A stretch of DNA of 24,300 nt from a virus (IMGVR_UViG_3300021139_000146:1-24300), one strand, 5' to 3'; shown: positions 16,401-22,712, numbered from the stretch's first letter. The notes: generated by a model not told the origin, from the sequence alone. Numbers and translations are program-made.

Positions 16401-18670
16401 GTACAGACCTCAAAAACATCGGCATTGCCTTGCAAAAGGTGAACATGAGCGATGAGGCGATTGATGACTTCAGTGCTTTGGATAAAAAGTATCCAGAGCT
16501 GCGGGAGATGCTGACCAACTGGAATCACGTCAACCGAAACATGATCGACATGATGGAGAAAGCCAAGATTCTCAGCAAACAACGTGCTGACAACTTGCGT
16601 AACATCAAAGACTACGTGCCATGGCAACGCATCATGGACGAAAATTCTGATCCTCATATTCCAATGTACACCTCTAAAGGCGTCAGGAATGTTAATAGAG
16701 AAAGCATTCTTAAAGAGGGTAAAACATTAAGAGACATCGATGACATCGTGGACAACATGCTCCACAACGTGATGATGTATACCCGTAACTCGATCAAGAA
16801 CTTTGCAGCCAACCGTATTGCTCAAGAGTACGGCACTCGCAACGATAAAGGCAAACTCAAGGTATTCCCAACTGAAGATTTCTCACGTGGGATTGTGAAG
16901 ATTTTGGTCAACGGCAGAAAGATCAATATCCAGATTGCTGATCCTTTGATTGCTCAATCTGTCATTGGTATTGAGGATGTTCAGATTCCAATGAACAGAA
17001 TCATGTCTGCCGTGTCCAATGGTCTGCGTCGTTCGATCACGTTCTCTGGCGTGTTCCAGATCAAACAGTTGTTCATGGATGCTCCAACGGCTGCGCTGGT
17101 TAGCGGCGTCAAAAACCCGCTTTCTTTGTACGGCGGCGTGTTTGCATCGTTTGCCAAAGGTTTGACTCAGAAAGATCCAGTGGTGGATATTCTCAAATCT
17201 CACGGTATCGGTGGTTACCACTCTAGCGCCAGAACCGCAGAACATCAGTACCGTCAAGAAATTGGCTTGATTAACAAGTCTTCCTTTGACCGTGTGACAA
17301 GCATTCTGGATCAGATTGCAGATGCGTCAGACTTTGCTCAACGTCGTGCCGTGTATGTGCGTGTGATGAAAGAAACCGGCGGCTTCCCCGTGGGTGGAGA
17401 TCAACGCAAAGCCATCCTTGCCGCTACCAACATCATCGACTTTGACAAGCGTGGCGCTGGAACATTTGCCCAGATGCTGAACCGCACCATTGCGTTTATG
17501 AACGCTTACGCCCAGCAGATTGATGTCTTGGCTCAAGCTCTGGCTGAACCTGTGGCAGCTGGTTTGGAGGCTGTTTCTGGTGCCAAGATGAGCAGCATCA
17601 GCGGTAACCTCAAAGGAATTGACCGTCAAAAGGCAATTGCTCGTTTGACCGTTGCAGCTGGCTTACTGACTAGCGCTTGCTTGCTGTATGCCATGGCCGT
17701 GGGTGATGACGACGAATACAAGAAGTTGGACGACCAAACTCGGATGCGGAACTTCTACATTCCCCGTTCACTCATGCAGACCATTGGTGTTGACCATGCG
17801 TTGTTGATCCCAATGCACACCTCGGCCAGCTACTTCTTCAAGTCCATTCCTGAGATGCTCTACAACAAGATCACCAAAGAAGGAACGAAGGATGCGATTG
17901 ACAACACCCGTTTGCGTACAGCCCTCAAAGTTGGTGCGATAGATGCGTTGGCTGGTCCAATTGGATCTGGTCCTATTCCAACTGCGGCCAAGCCTCTCAC
18001 AGAAATCGTCTTGAACCATGATTTCTACACTGGCGGCAAGGTTGTGCCTGACAGCATGAAAAACTTGGCTGCGTTCAAACAGTACTCAGCTGCTACGTCT
18101 GAGCTGGGCAAATGGGTTAGCGAAGCCACTCAGATTCCATTCACGGGCAAGGAAGACTCAAACGGCAACATTGTGGAAGGCACACGATCACGAGTTCTCA
18201 GCCCTATCCAAGCTGACCATGTGATGCGTAGTCTGGCAGGCACTGTGGCGTCTGTGGCCATGTGGGGATCAAACCTGATTGCAAGCAACAGACCAACCCC
18301 AGAAGAACGCAGCAACCCCCTGTACGGCTCATTCATTGCGCCAGATATTCCTCGTGGTGCTGAAGATCTGTTTTATGATCTCAAAACCCGTTCTGATCAG
18401 GCTATGGACACATTCAAGAACCTGCACCAGCATGGCCAACATGAGGAAGCCAAGCAGTGGTTTGAAGTCAACAAGGGTCTTATCCAAGCCAACGGGTTTA
18501 CGGGCTCAGCTGGATCGGCCTTGGTGCAGCTCAACCAGCAGATCCGCATAACAGAGGACAATGCCAAGTTGTCGGCTGAAGAGAAACGCCAGCGGATTGA
18601 CTTCTACAAGAACAAGAAGGAAGAGATTGCTCAGAAGACGATGCAATTCAGACGTCTATCTGGACTTTGA
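7466..18670 (+). CDS. Giant polyvalent virion/ejection protein (DarB-like): amino-DNA methyltransferase + Strawberry-notch SF2 helicase + zincin metallopeptidase + LPD38-like C-terminus, 3734 aa
   Basis: Single uninterrupted ORF, TAATG-coupled to the upstream gene. Domain motifs are listed in the sub-features. Confidence 0.85.
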   Translation: MPMNVQMPDGTIISDVPDNSTQADVLSRYQAYQQSLITPPSTTLANKPEAPSQQAGIGDLFSDVGTALKETPRQSLAAVLQAYQGNDPQAIAQKDSLTNRIIDNARTKAAEHASEPHAKDTYFDLLGYKLNRSDIQNLPQSLAFSATSMGAAVLAGLGSGMVTANPIVGVGSGLTAAGSIGYRIDTNNFMRDFRQGLDEESKKQRGIPLSNAEYLSIVESPEMQSTAQQYGIKWAGTGSAQKLARKHGTYEAGIEALGTVAGIGAGKYIFKKALEGEIVKPLLALGAEHGIEVGGEAGTQTGQTNVERKAGLSKEAERSFTSPEDWAKSFKEVAGPTLLQSLTMAGIPYVAGKVMSGKKEANTVEPPPAAPAPAAPLPPQVSSGLVSPEDLEQPVAPVVPTVAPKVEAAAPEKKAEVVHAIPMGENTEYQVIKTPTGYTANLFDKDSGNYVSGSTRIFKTDKFGDQAETKAMEFVAKEAEKAKPYMAPETKPIEIKGEELEDKLVEKGIPINSSQDAHKLFSDGHPVYGLHEQSEEPHLIRSATELDTYAPDQLIALPKQEAVAPVVKAEEQPTKKVESVVPVGFRYTLLESPAYEGLTPLSLDDADFELEALEDNAKRGRMTPQRFAESEIGKRLNTGQITQIYEGLRNDPVGTIQELRKNISSETKTTEEKPVEEPTPAATPLAEAEKPVETPQAEEKPAEETKTPLEIKDKDLQGKYAGIEDADGFTGSGDEETAWYKPSTGELINKGVDGTPVQHYAGDVTPQGLTNVTPINTAQEAQDAIDAGKSFATAEVGQEVAKPIPKTKAEINQERQQAKKAAAQAAKPVIGVESLAELGEEPKYDLATPEGKFKLAQSVSAHLLAGNGFAGINEARKFIADLTGQKVEANTASAKQADEAVEVGVVLAAREIAQSGESKDKIYDRLVDLYSRQPNLAVRSSTSVREQAYSTPAPLAYVASELAGINDKTTVYEPTAGNGMLLIAADPKNVKANELNSTRFEMLKKVLPGAEVVNKNAISYDPELSDVVIANPPFGATGETYTIEGKNTREIDHAIVYKALTRMPANGRAVLIVGGVRAENEEARREAYRAAQKRNFYYNLYKEYNVVDHFSVSGDMYTKQGASYPVDVIVIDGKGQSQRNLPAADLPQQIGSYEELKEKLNERMVPRENISTSGANVSAAPAGAGKPERLGERPSRQGNEPSAEGAKPTAGGRPSVSENGAGERGQPKPAGTSVSAEQPRPANEPERGGNRGPVSGAGEQVGPSGRAGNERNEPTGLGGPSVVSGTRVESGLKDRRGQETETGHQVAYEPHSNASSVGTLVPRAMAQSINNSLDEVERSVGNVEDYVAEALEMDPETLREKFSAEQIDALTLAIRNAEAGKGFIIGDQTGIGKGRVVAAMIRYALVHDKTPIFVTEKPNLYSDMIRDLDDIGMTKELALDTNKPKIFITNSTGSIPYTLLRNVNGEVTENTLILKAPKSGKDLDGVMKGMKDSLGDYKVIFTTYNQMQTVKGEETERQRFIKHWGAGNYMIFDESHNAGGSGETQARTKEQREAEKEGKGLATGRSAFVRELVNNADGTFFSSATYAKRPDVMDLYASTDMKLAVNKISELGEAIKNGGIPMQQIVANMLTKAGQYIRRERTFAGVSYDTVEAKVDKQTAENMATSMRDVLAFSRAKELVVKELQKSLDKSGGRASSTGEKTQIQGASFGNTMHCLIDQMLLSLKAKSSVDHAIARLKAGEKVVMTVANTMGSFLQEYANEMGIKNGDPVNLSFKDLYLRYLEKQRILTIKQPGQKESQKYRLTDQDLGPELVAQYNRIKDFIENAGFGEAPMSPIDYMHNELHKAGYKTEEITGRTEKLNYQSGIPILAPRVADIKQRVSAVRAFNNGTADVIILNQSGSTGISLHASDKFNDKRKRHMIIVQPENNIDTHMQMLGRVHRTGQVVAPAYSQMMADIPAEMRPAAVLLKKMASLNANTTASRKSAVTAEGAVDFMNEYGGQVAQEFLRDNPEVHQALGGKDALKLGEDPNEASEADIRKLTGYVPILPIKEQEEIYKDLIDRYNDLLERENSMGTNKLEAKAVDLGAETVSSTPITEAKNDLSPFAESANMERVDVKRTVKPFSKDEVQEMVKKNLNGQTAAEKSSSLYENMKSKGVEYAKDFVASLQAKGADQVRIDQAKGQLNLQLSHIKSILSNYRVGTPISVKNNQGVFLYGVVTDLEHKGKTKNPMAGSDWKMTIALANGDAKSINLSFSQIGSTYELTPESSVNWLNPDTLQAEHIPLMDMFDKGATVRREKRWMVTGNILAGFAAVNNIGQIMTYTKADGTEAQGILMPRTYDFEKAQREAPVQIKTADDAMRFMQEAGGVISSPDKILTINGHGRRIEFRVPKSKKQGGTYFLDSGLTNILGDFYNGVATTYDPEVAKKAIDYILNGRDETLIAATMANKAKEMFAPKAAPLANIIIKESIKDRNQRVRKEKIKEFKSLRQRASYILRKVAEGKTELSTQEELTRLLETTKELKADIRMLAPRNDTPEHFYDKALREYTKENISKEVLDVVSYIYNRVPSLLSGIKLSVTAGDGKTAGNFDPMERLVTLFKESGAESAVTIRHELMHSLEQMMNNQTRQALVETWSKALQAAMKKYTDEESQAYFKAVLDYIEKPNEETFNAATDKMPGYEFYQYLNPSEYWAVNAEKLMAAKMGTPWHRFVQFAKQLFEALKHVLGFDNNHAVYKAFNDLIKGETERFHKQSLTEFIHASGAKISFLNNVKDINDLLAKHGRGDAPIHTSNTVMDKLLGGIKDAKDISAKLVDNPRIAVNNMVGNVDRMLLYTRVKNTDFTAGLTAADAAKYGRMLEDSQGRALASVAMNQALKATRIGTQVIMLGRLVFDNTTQMFHAAADKYSMANIMGLKHQLEKQIGVQGTANVIQAYFEAKRSRSIVEEYLNCEGNLEDLLTEQADPSVSPDRQLALLQDIEDARTDLKNIGIALQKVNMSDEAIDDFSALDKKYPELREMLTNWNHVNRNMIDMMEKAKILSKQRADNLRNIKDYVPWQRIMDENSDPHIPMYTSKGVRNVNRESILKEGKTLRDIDDIVDNMLHNVMMYTRNSIKNFAANRIAQEYGTRNDKGKLKVFPTEDFSRGIVKILVNGRKINIQIADPLIAQSVIGIEDVQIPMNRIMSAVSNGLRRSITFSGVFQIKQLFMDAPTAALVSGVKNPLSLYGGVFASFAKGLTQKDPVVDILKSHGIGGYHSSARTAEHQYRQEIGLINKSSFDRVTSILDQIADASDFAQRRAVYVRVMKETGGFPVGGDQRKAILAATNIIDFDKRGAGTFAQMLNRTIAFMNAYAQQIDVLAQALAEPVAAGLEAVSGAKMSSISGNLKGIDRQKAIARLTVAAGLLTSACLLYAMAVGDDDEYKKLDDQTRMRNFYIPRSLMQTIGVDHALLIPMHTSASYFFKSIPEMLYNKITKEGTKDAIDNTRLRTALKVGAIDALAGPIGSGPIPTAAKPLTEIVLNHDFYTGGKVVPDSMKNLAAFKQYSAATSELGKWVSEATQIPFTGKEDSNGNIVEGTRSRVLSPIQADHVMRSLAGTVASVAMWGSNLIASNRPTPEERSNPLYGSFIAPDIPRGAEDLFYDLKTRSDQAMDTFKNLHQHGQHEEAKQWFEVNKGLIQANGFTGSAGSALVQLNQQIRITEDNAKLSAEEKRQRIDFYKNKKEEIAQKTMQFRRLSGL
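10000..10945 (+). other. Amino-(N6-A/N4-C) DNA methyltransferase domain of the giant protein
   Basis: QAYSTP (motif X, ~10304), VYEPTAGNG (motif I, 10376-10402), ANEL (motif II), IANPPF (motif IV, NPPF at 10556-10567), GRAVLIV, YPVDVIVID. Order X-I-II-IV as in gamma-class/DarB-type MTases. Boundaries approximate. Confidence 0.85.
10934..10939 (+). promoter_or_regulatory. Internal Shine-Dalgarno AAGGAG for the nested ORF
   Basis: AAGGAG, 7-nt spacer (AAACTCA), ATG at 10947. Same architecture as the starts at 19071 and 20251. Confidence 0.7.
10947..11342 (+). CDS. Nested (+1 frame) acidic protein of unknown function, 131 aa, overprinted in the MTase-helicase linker
   Basis: Strong SD plus ATG, coextensive with the linker, globular-like sequence with an internal repeat (SQNDWVNAL / SLQDWVDLAL), and shifted synonymous codon use in the host frame. 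Confidence 0.7.
   Translation: MNAWYPEKISAPAELTSVLLPQGQVSQNDWVNALADRVMSLVLKEPNPQQAADQACLKMALANVDNPNQLGQALVLNNLDLLTNLNVAAIEDPFPAQVNKSDPVAEQAMNETSLQDWVDLALSQVHESSLD
11378..13420 (+). other. Strawberry-notch-type SF2 helicase/ATPase (AAA_34 + Helicase_C_4-like) of the giant protein
   Basis: Walker A GDQTGIGKGR (11621-11650), FTTYNQ, DESH (12062-12073), SAT (12212-12220), EITGR, SGSTGISLHA (~13160), QMLGRVHRTGQ (13265-13297). Boundaries approximate. Confidence 0.9.
15150..15700 (+). other. Zincin-like metallopeptidase domain (polyvalent-protein MPTase type)
   Basis: AGNFDP..LVTLF strands, RHELMHSLE (HExxH at 15296-15310) and a downstream PSEYWA Glu (15527), followed by the typical W.RF..F.KQLFE.LK..LG helix. 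Confidence 0.7.
17700..18280 (+). other. LPD38-like C-terminal domain of the giant protein
   Basis: GDDDEYKKLDDQTRMRNFYIP..LIP..P..KPLTEIVLNHDFYTGGKVVP..SPIQADHVMRSLAG, preceded by a hydrophobic helix. This is the usual tail of large phage ejection proteins. Confidence 0.6.
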
Positions 18671-18989
18671 CCATTCCTTTGACCTCATCGGTGAAGACGA
18701 ACGTGGGCATGAAAAGCCTATCGTTCACCTTCAGGCCGTCAGCTAACCCATCCAAACCCGCTTTGATACTTGCAACCATGTTGTCTGCATCACGGTGGCG
18801 TTTGTCAGGCGGATAGAACGTAATAGTAATAGGGATTTTCCCGGACGCATTTATTTTTACTTGAGATTCCAGCGTCAAAACCCAACACGCTTCACGGTAC
18901 ATCTTCTTATATTTAGCCTTCTTAGTCCAATGTAATGAACTATTTGGTGATAGTTCTTTAGGTGGCCATGGAAAAATGATTGTGTTCAT
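18648..18989 (-). CDS. rusA: RusA-like Holliday junction resolvase / endodeoxyribonuclease, 113 aa
   Basis: FPWPPKELSPN, ITFYPPDKRHRDADNMVASIKAGLDGLADGLKVND (RusA catalytic D..N..K..D pattern). Start taken at MNTII (CAT at 18987-18989). The 3' end overlaps the giant gene by 23 nt. Confidence 0.8.
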   Translation of the reverse strand: MNTIIFPWPPKELSPNSSLHWTKKAKYKKMYREACWVLTLESQVKINASGKIPITITFYPPDKRHRDADNMVASIKAGLDGLADGLKVNDRLFMPTFVFTDEVKGMVKVQIDV

Positions 18990-18999
18990 AGTAGATGAT

Positions 19000-19047
19000 T
19001 TGACATGAGTACGACCTATTGACATATAATCTCTTTGCGGACACACT
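19000..19047 (+). promoter_or_regulatory. Sigma70-type early promoter(s)
   Basis: TTGACA (19000-19005), 19 nt, TATAAT (19025-19030). A second TTGACA (19019-19024), 17 nt, CACACT (19042-19047). Sits in the divergent gap heading the early operon. Confidence 0.65.
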
Positions 19048-19070
19048 TGATCCGTCTGCTAGGAGAACAT

Positions 19071-19355
19071 ATGACAACACCTTATACAACGAAGACCGGT
19101 ATCAAGATCGGTTCCCGTTACCGTGAGAATGGTATCAGGATGCCGATTGACGATCCGGACATGCTCAAACTTCAGAGGGCTTTGCTGCTGAAGCCCAAAG
19201 AGATTCAGGACATCAAAGACTTAGACCGGTGCGTCCTATGTTGCTTAGCAGTCATTGTTTTGATTGTTTTAATCATAGGAGAAACTCGTGCTGAACCTAA
19301 ACGACATGGACCTCAAGTCCTGCATGGCGTCTACGATCAAGGGGATGGCAAATGA
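19071..19355 (+). CDS. Hypothetical phage protein with a C-terminal transmembrane helix, 94 aa
   Basis: AGGAGA SD at 19061-19066 and ATG at 19071. Hydrophobic VLCCLAVIVLIVLIIG. Confidence 0.6.
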   Translation: MTTPYTTKTGIKIGSRYRENGIRMPIDDPDMLKLQRALLLKPKEIQDIKDLDRCVLCCLAVIVLIVLIIGETRAEPKRHGPQVLHGVYDQGDGK

Positions 19356-20248
19356 AGCTGACTAACAACTTCAACATTCCTGAGACGTTTGTCAACGTGC
19401 TCAAACGCCCTACCTACAGCAAAGGCAAGGCTCATCTGTCTGTCACGCAGCTCATCAACAGCCCCAAGATTGTGGCCTTGACCAAGAAGCATGACGAAGA
19501 GATCGAGCAGGATGTCTCTGACATGGTGTGGTCAATCTTTGGTTCTGCCATTCACAGCGTCTTGGAACACGGCAAAGATGACAACCACATCATCGAGCAG
19601 CGTATCCATGCCGAGCTGGATGGCTGGCGCATCTCAGGTGCAATCGACCTGCAAATCACTCACGACGGCGGCGTCTCAATTCGGGACTACAAAACCACCA
19701 GCGTCTGGGCGGTGATGAACGAGAAGATTGAATGGGAATACCAGCTCAACATCTACGCTTGGCTGGTTGAACATGCTGCACGTAAAACAGTGACTGACCT
19801 TGGCATCGTGGCCATCTTGCGGGATTGGAAAGCCCGTGAAGTCAACACCAAGGTTGGTTACCCAGAAGCCCCTATCAAGGAGCTTCCCATAACGCTGTGG
19901 ACGATGGAGGAACGAGAAGCCTTCATCACCGCACGTATTGCAGCTCACTCGGCATGTGAGTTTGCAATGGAAACGGAAGGCGACCTGCCTGACTGCACAC
20001 CCGAAGAGATGTGGGAAAAACCCGCCGTTTGGGCTGTGATGAAGGAAGGGAATATCCGTGCCAAATACGTTATGCCAACGTTGCACGAGGCTGAGCTTGC
20101 CATGAAGCAACTCCAAGAGGAGAAGCCGAAAGACAAGTATCTGATCGTGGAACGCAAAGGCGAACGTACCCGCTGCGCCAGCTACTGCTCCGTCAGTAAA
20201 TGGTGCAATCAGTATCAACAGTATCTTGAACAAAACCCACAGGAGTAA
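19352..20248 (+). CDS. PD-(D/E)xK exonuclease, Cas4/RecB-like
   Basis: SVTQL, GSAIH, EQR, ISGAIDL, DYKT, YQLNIY, plus a C-terminal Cys cluster (DCTPEE...RCASYCSVSKWC). Confidence 0.8.
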   Translation: MKLTNNFNIPETFVNVLKRPTYSKGKAHLSVTQLINSPKIVALTKKHDEEIEQDVSDMVWSIFGSAIHSVLEHGKDDNHIIEQRIHAELDGWRISGAIDLQITHDGGVSIRDYKTTSVWAVMNEKIEWEYQLNIYAWLVEHAARKTVTDLGIVAILRDWKAREVNTKVGYPEAPIKELPITLWTMEEREAFITARIAAHSACEFAMETEGDLPDCTPEEMWEKPAVWAVMKEGNIRAKYVMPTLHEAELAMKQLQEEKPKDKYLIVERKGERTRCASYCSVSKWCNQYQQYLEQNPQE

Positions 20249-20250
20249 AA

Positions 20251-20574
20251 ATGAGAGAACTTTTAGGAATCCCTGCTGTAATCATTGCTGCGCTTGCGTT
20301 GATAGTCGGCCTATCGTTTTTAGGATACGAGATGTCCAGTTACTTTGCACCGAAGTACCGCGCCTTGGACAACAAGGTGTTCAAGGAATCTGAGCAGTAC
20401 AACGACGGCATGGTGCGTGACTTGGAAGACCTCCAGTTGCAGTACATCAATGCTGACGCTGAACACAAAGACGCTTTGCGTGCCATCGTGTTGCACCGCT
20501 TCTCGGTGTATCCCGAAGACCGTATGCCAGCTAACCTACGTAACTTTTACAACGACCTTCGGAGCGGAAAATGA
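20251..20574 (+). CDS. N-terminally membrane-anchored hypothetical protein, 107 aa
   Basis: AGGAG SD. TM segment IPAVIIAALALIVGLSFLGY, then a helical soluble domain. Confidence 0.7.
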   Translation: MRELLGIPAVIIAALALIVGLSFLGYEMSSYFAPKYRALDNKVFKESEQYNDGMVRDLEDLQLQYINADAEHKDALRAIVLHRFSVYPEDRMPANLRNFYNDLRSGK

Positions 20575-21059
20575 AATACATCATTGCACTTTGTTTATTG
20601 GCCAGCTTGGCTGGATGTGGAGAGGCTCCAAGTTCAGCCGCAACGATTGAACGTAAACAACAGGCTGAATTAAGTCTTCGTGGCGTGCAAGCTGTTGGAA
20701 TGCCAGCCATCACAAACTTTGCTGAAAAACGCATGATGAAAGACATCATTGAGTTGCGCGATCAAAATGCGGCCACAACAACTTACATCATGGACATGAA
20801 CGGCAAGATGCACAAAGTATGTGACTCTGTGGGTTTTGGTTTGCCTTATGCAACTCAATACACAAACCCTCAAATGCCACAACGCACATCGGATGGCGGC
20901 AGCGTATACGTGCTTCCACAGGCCGATCCAAACGGGCTATACAGCCCAGCAAGCGCAGACGGTACTTGGGTTCAATGCGTGAATCCAAAGACTAAAAAAG
21001 CAACTGTGGTTTACATCGAACCACGCATCATCGTTTCACCCTTCCCACTTGGAGAATAA
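20571..21059 (+). CDS. Lipoprotein of unknown function, 162 aa
   Basis: MKY plus hydrophobic stretch plus lipobox LAGC. ATGA overlap. Two further Cys; YATQYTNP and QADPNGLYSP motifs. Confidence 0.75.
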   Translation: MKYIIALCLLASLAGCGEAPSSAATIERKQQAELSLRGVQAVGMPAITNFAEKRMMKDIIELRDQNAATTTYIMDMNGKMHKVCDSVGFGLPYATQYTNPQMPQRTSDGGSVYVLPQADPNGLYSPASADGTWVQCVNPKTKKATVVYIEPRIIVSPFPLGE

Positions 21060-21062
21060 ATC

Positions 21063-21356
21063 ATGATCACTATCCAATTGACACCTGCACAAGCCGCACT
21101 TTTTCACGAACTGCTGCGTACATCAACCGAAGACGTTCTTGAACAAATTACAGAAAGCGTAGAAGAACTTGCAACACAAGATCATTTGGTTGAGAAAGCC
21201 AGTGAAAACTACGTGATTAATCTGGAAAACAAAGTAAAAGAACTTGAAAAAGCTCTTGACGAAAAACCCGCTGCCAAGCCTGCTGCCAAGGTTAACGCAC
21301 CTTACGGCTACAAAAAAGACGGCACACCTAAAGCACGACCCGGACGCAAAGTATGA
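21063..21356 (+). CDS. Acidic coiled-coil protein with a basic AT-hook-like C-terminus, 97 aa
   Basis: GGAGA SD. Heptad-like LENKVKELEKAL; C-terminal APYGYKKDGTPKARPGRK. Confidence 0.6.
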   Translation: MITIQLTPAQAALFHELLRTSTEDVLEQITESVEELATQDHLVEKASENYVINLENKVKELEKALDEKPAAKPAAKVNAPYGYKKDGTPKARPGRKV

Positions 21357-22030
21357 ATGTCTATCAAAAACTCAACAAGGTAAGAGCTGAGTTCCATAGT
21401 TTGGAAATTAGAAAAACTGGCGAGAACAAATTTGCTGGCTACAAGTACTTTGAACTTGCAGACTTTGTAATCCCAGCTCTAAACCTGATGGACAAGCATG
21501 GCCTGACCGCCATGGTGACCTACGGCTCTGACAAGGCTCAGATGGCCATCGTCAACAACGAGAAGCCTGATGAAGTCCTGTTCTTCACGTCTCCCATGTC
21601 TGAAGCCAACCTCAAGGGCTGCCATCCTGTGCAAAACCTTGGAGCTGTGCAAACCTACATCCGCCGCTATCTTTGGGTGGCTGCGCTGGAGATTGTTGAG
21701 CATGATGCCGTGGATTCTTCTAAACCCGTTGACGAACCCAAGCCTGAACCAAAGCGAGCTGAGAAGGTTCCAGCCAAGATGCAAGGCCAATCTGGCGAGT
21801 TCCAGATCACTGTGCAGTCCGAGGATTCATGCTCACAAGAGGAATGGCTCAACATCGTCAAAGACGCAGCTCACATGCTCTTGGAGTATTGCCATGACGA
21901 CGCAGACGTTATGAAGATCTTCAAGAAGAACAAAGTCATCTTTGACCGAGTAAAAGAAATTGATCCAGCTTTCTTCAAGGAAATGATGGGCAAGTTCACC
22001 GAAACCAAAAACAAATTTGCGAAAGGCTAA
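21353..22030 (+). CDS. erf: ERF-family single-strand annealing protein
   Basis: KTGENKFAGYKYFELADF and QNLGAVQTYIRRY (ERF G..xTY.RRY motif), followed by EHDAVD. Confidence 0.8.
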   Translation: MNVYQKLNKVRAEFHSLEIRKTGENKFAGYKYFELADFVIPALNLMDKHGLTAMVTYGSDKAQMAIVNNEKPDEVLFFTSPMSEANLKGCHPVQNLGAVQTYIRRYLWVAALEIVEHDAVDSSKPVDEPKPEPKRAEKVPAKMQGQSGEFQITVQSEDSCSQEEWLNIVKDAAHMLLEYCHDDADVMKIFKKNKVIFDRVKEIDPAFFKEMMGKFTETKNKFAKG

Positions 22031-22033
22031 ATC

Positions 22034-22288
22034 ATGGCATACGAACAAAAACCAAACGCTGGTGCGTTATTTCAAAACGTAAAGAAGTCACCTGCTCATC
22101 CAGACTTGAGAGGCGATCTGTTTTTAGATAAAACATTTTTGGTTGATCAAATGGATCGGTCCAAGGGAAATCTAGTCAAGATCTCTATCGCTGCTTGGAA
22201 CAATACTTCTAAAACTGGTAAGCCGTATACAGCATTGACTGCTTCCCAGCCATACGAAAAAGCAGCTGACGAAGACGTGCCATATTGA
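22034..22288 (+). CDS. Small ssDNA-binding-like protein (DUF736-like OB fold), 84 aa
   Basis: GALFQN.KK...HPD.RG...IAAW...SKTGKPY and an acidic tail DEDVPY resembling SSB C-termini. Adjacent to ERF. Confidence 0.6.
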   Translation: MAYEQKPNAGALFQNVKKSPAHPDLRGDLFLDKTFLVDQMDRSKGNLVKISIAAWNNTSKTGKPYTALTASQPYEKAADEDVPY

Positions 22289-22289
22289 T

Positions 22290-22712
22290 ATGAAGACGCT
22301 TAACTTTGAAGCTGTCAAAGTTGCTCTGAAACAAGACAGAACCGGCTACGTGCTGGCTCTGTCTGTCCACCCAGACGGCATACCTGAAGACTTGATGCGT
22401 GACTTTGTTGGCTCTCGTTATCAGTGTGTGCTTGTCAGGGTAGATGGCAACGAAGAACCCATGAACAAAGCTGAAGAGTTTTCCGGCGACAAGGCTATCC
22501 GAATTGCTGGAATGCTAAGCAGGGATCCAGACTTCTGGAAGTATCTGTATGTAAAGGAAGAAATCTTTGACGAGGAAGCTGATCAAGCTGTTGAGTGGGT
22601 AAGGGCAACGTTGCACATTCAATCCAGATCTGAGTTGAAGACAAACCGAGAAGCACAGATACGTTTAGACAAAATTCACAGAGACTACCAAGAATGGAAA
22701 CAAGAAAACTAA
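22290..22712 (+). CDS. Hypothetical phage protein, 140 aa
   Basis: In-operon ORF with AGML.RDPDFW.YL and SRSEL motifs. Function unknown. Confidence 0.65.
   Translation: MKTLNFEAVKVALKQDRTGYVLALSVHPDGIPEDLMRDFVGSRYQCVLVRVDGNEEPMNKAEEFSGDKAIRIAGMLSRDPDFWKYLYVKEEIFDEEADQAVEWVRATLHIQSRSELKTNREAQIRLDKIHRDYQEWKQEN

Noticed and set aside
19352-20248. Cas4-like gene as evidence of a CRISPR-Cas system
   Set aside because: No array or other cas genes in the window; stand-alone Cas4-like nucleases are common in phage recombination modules.
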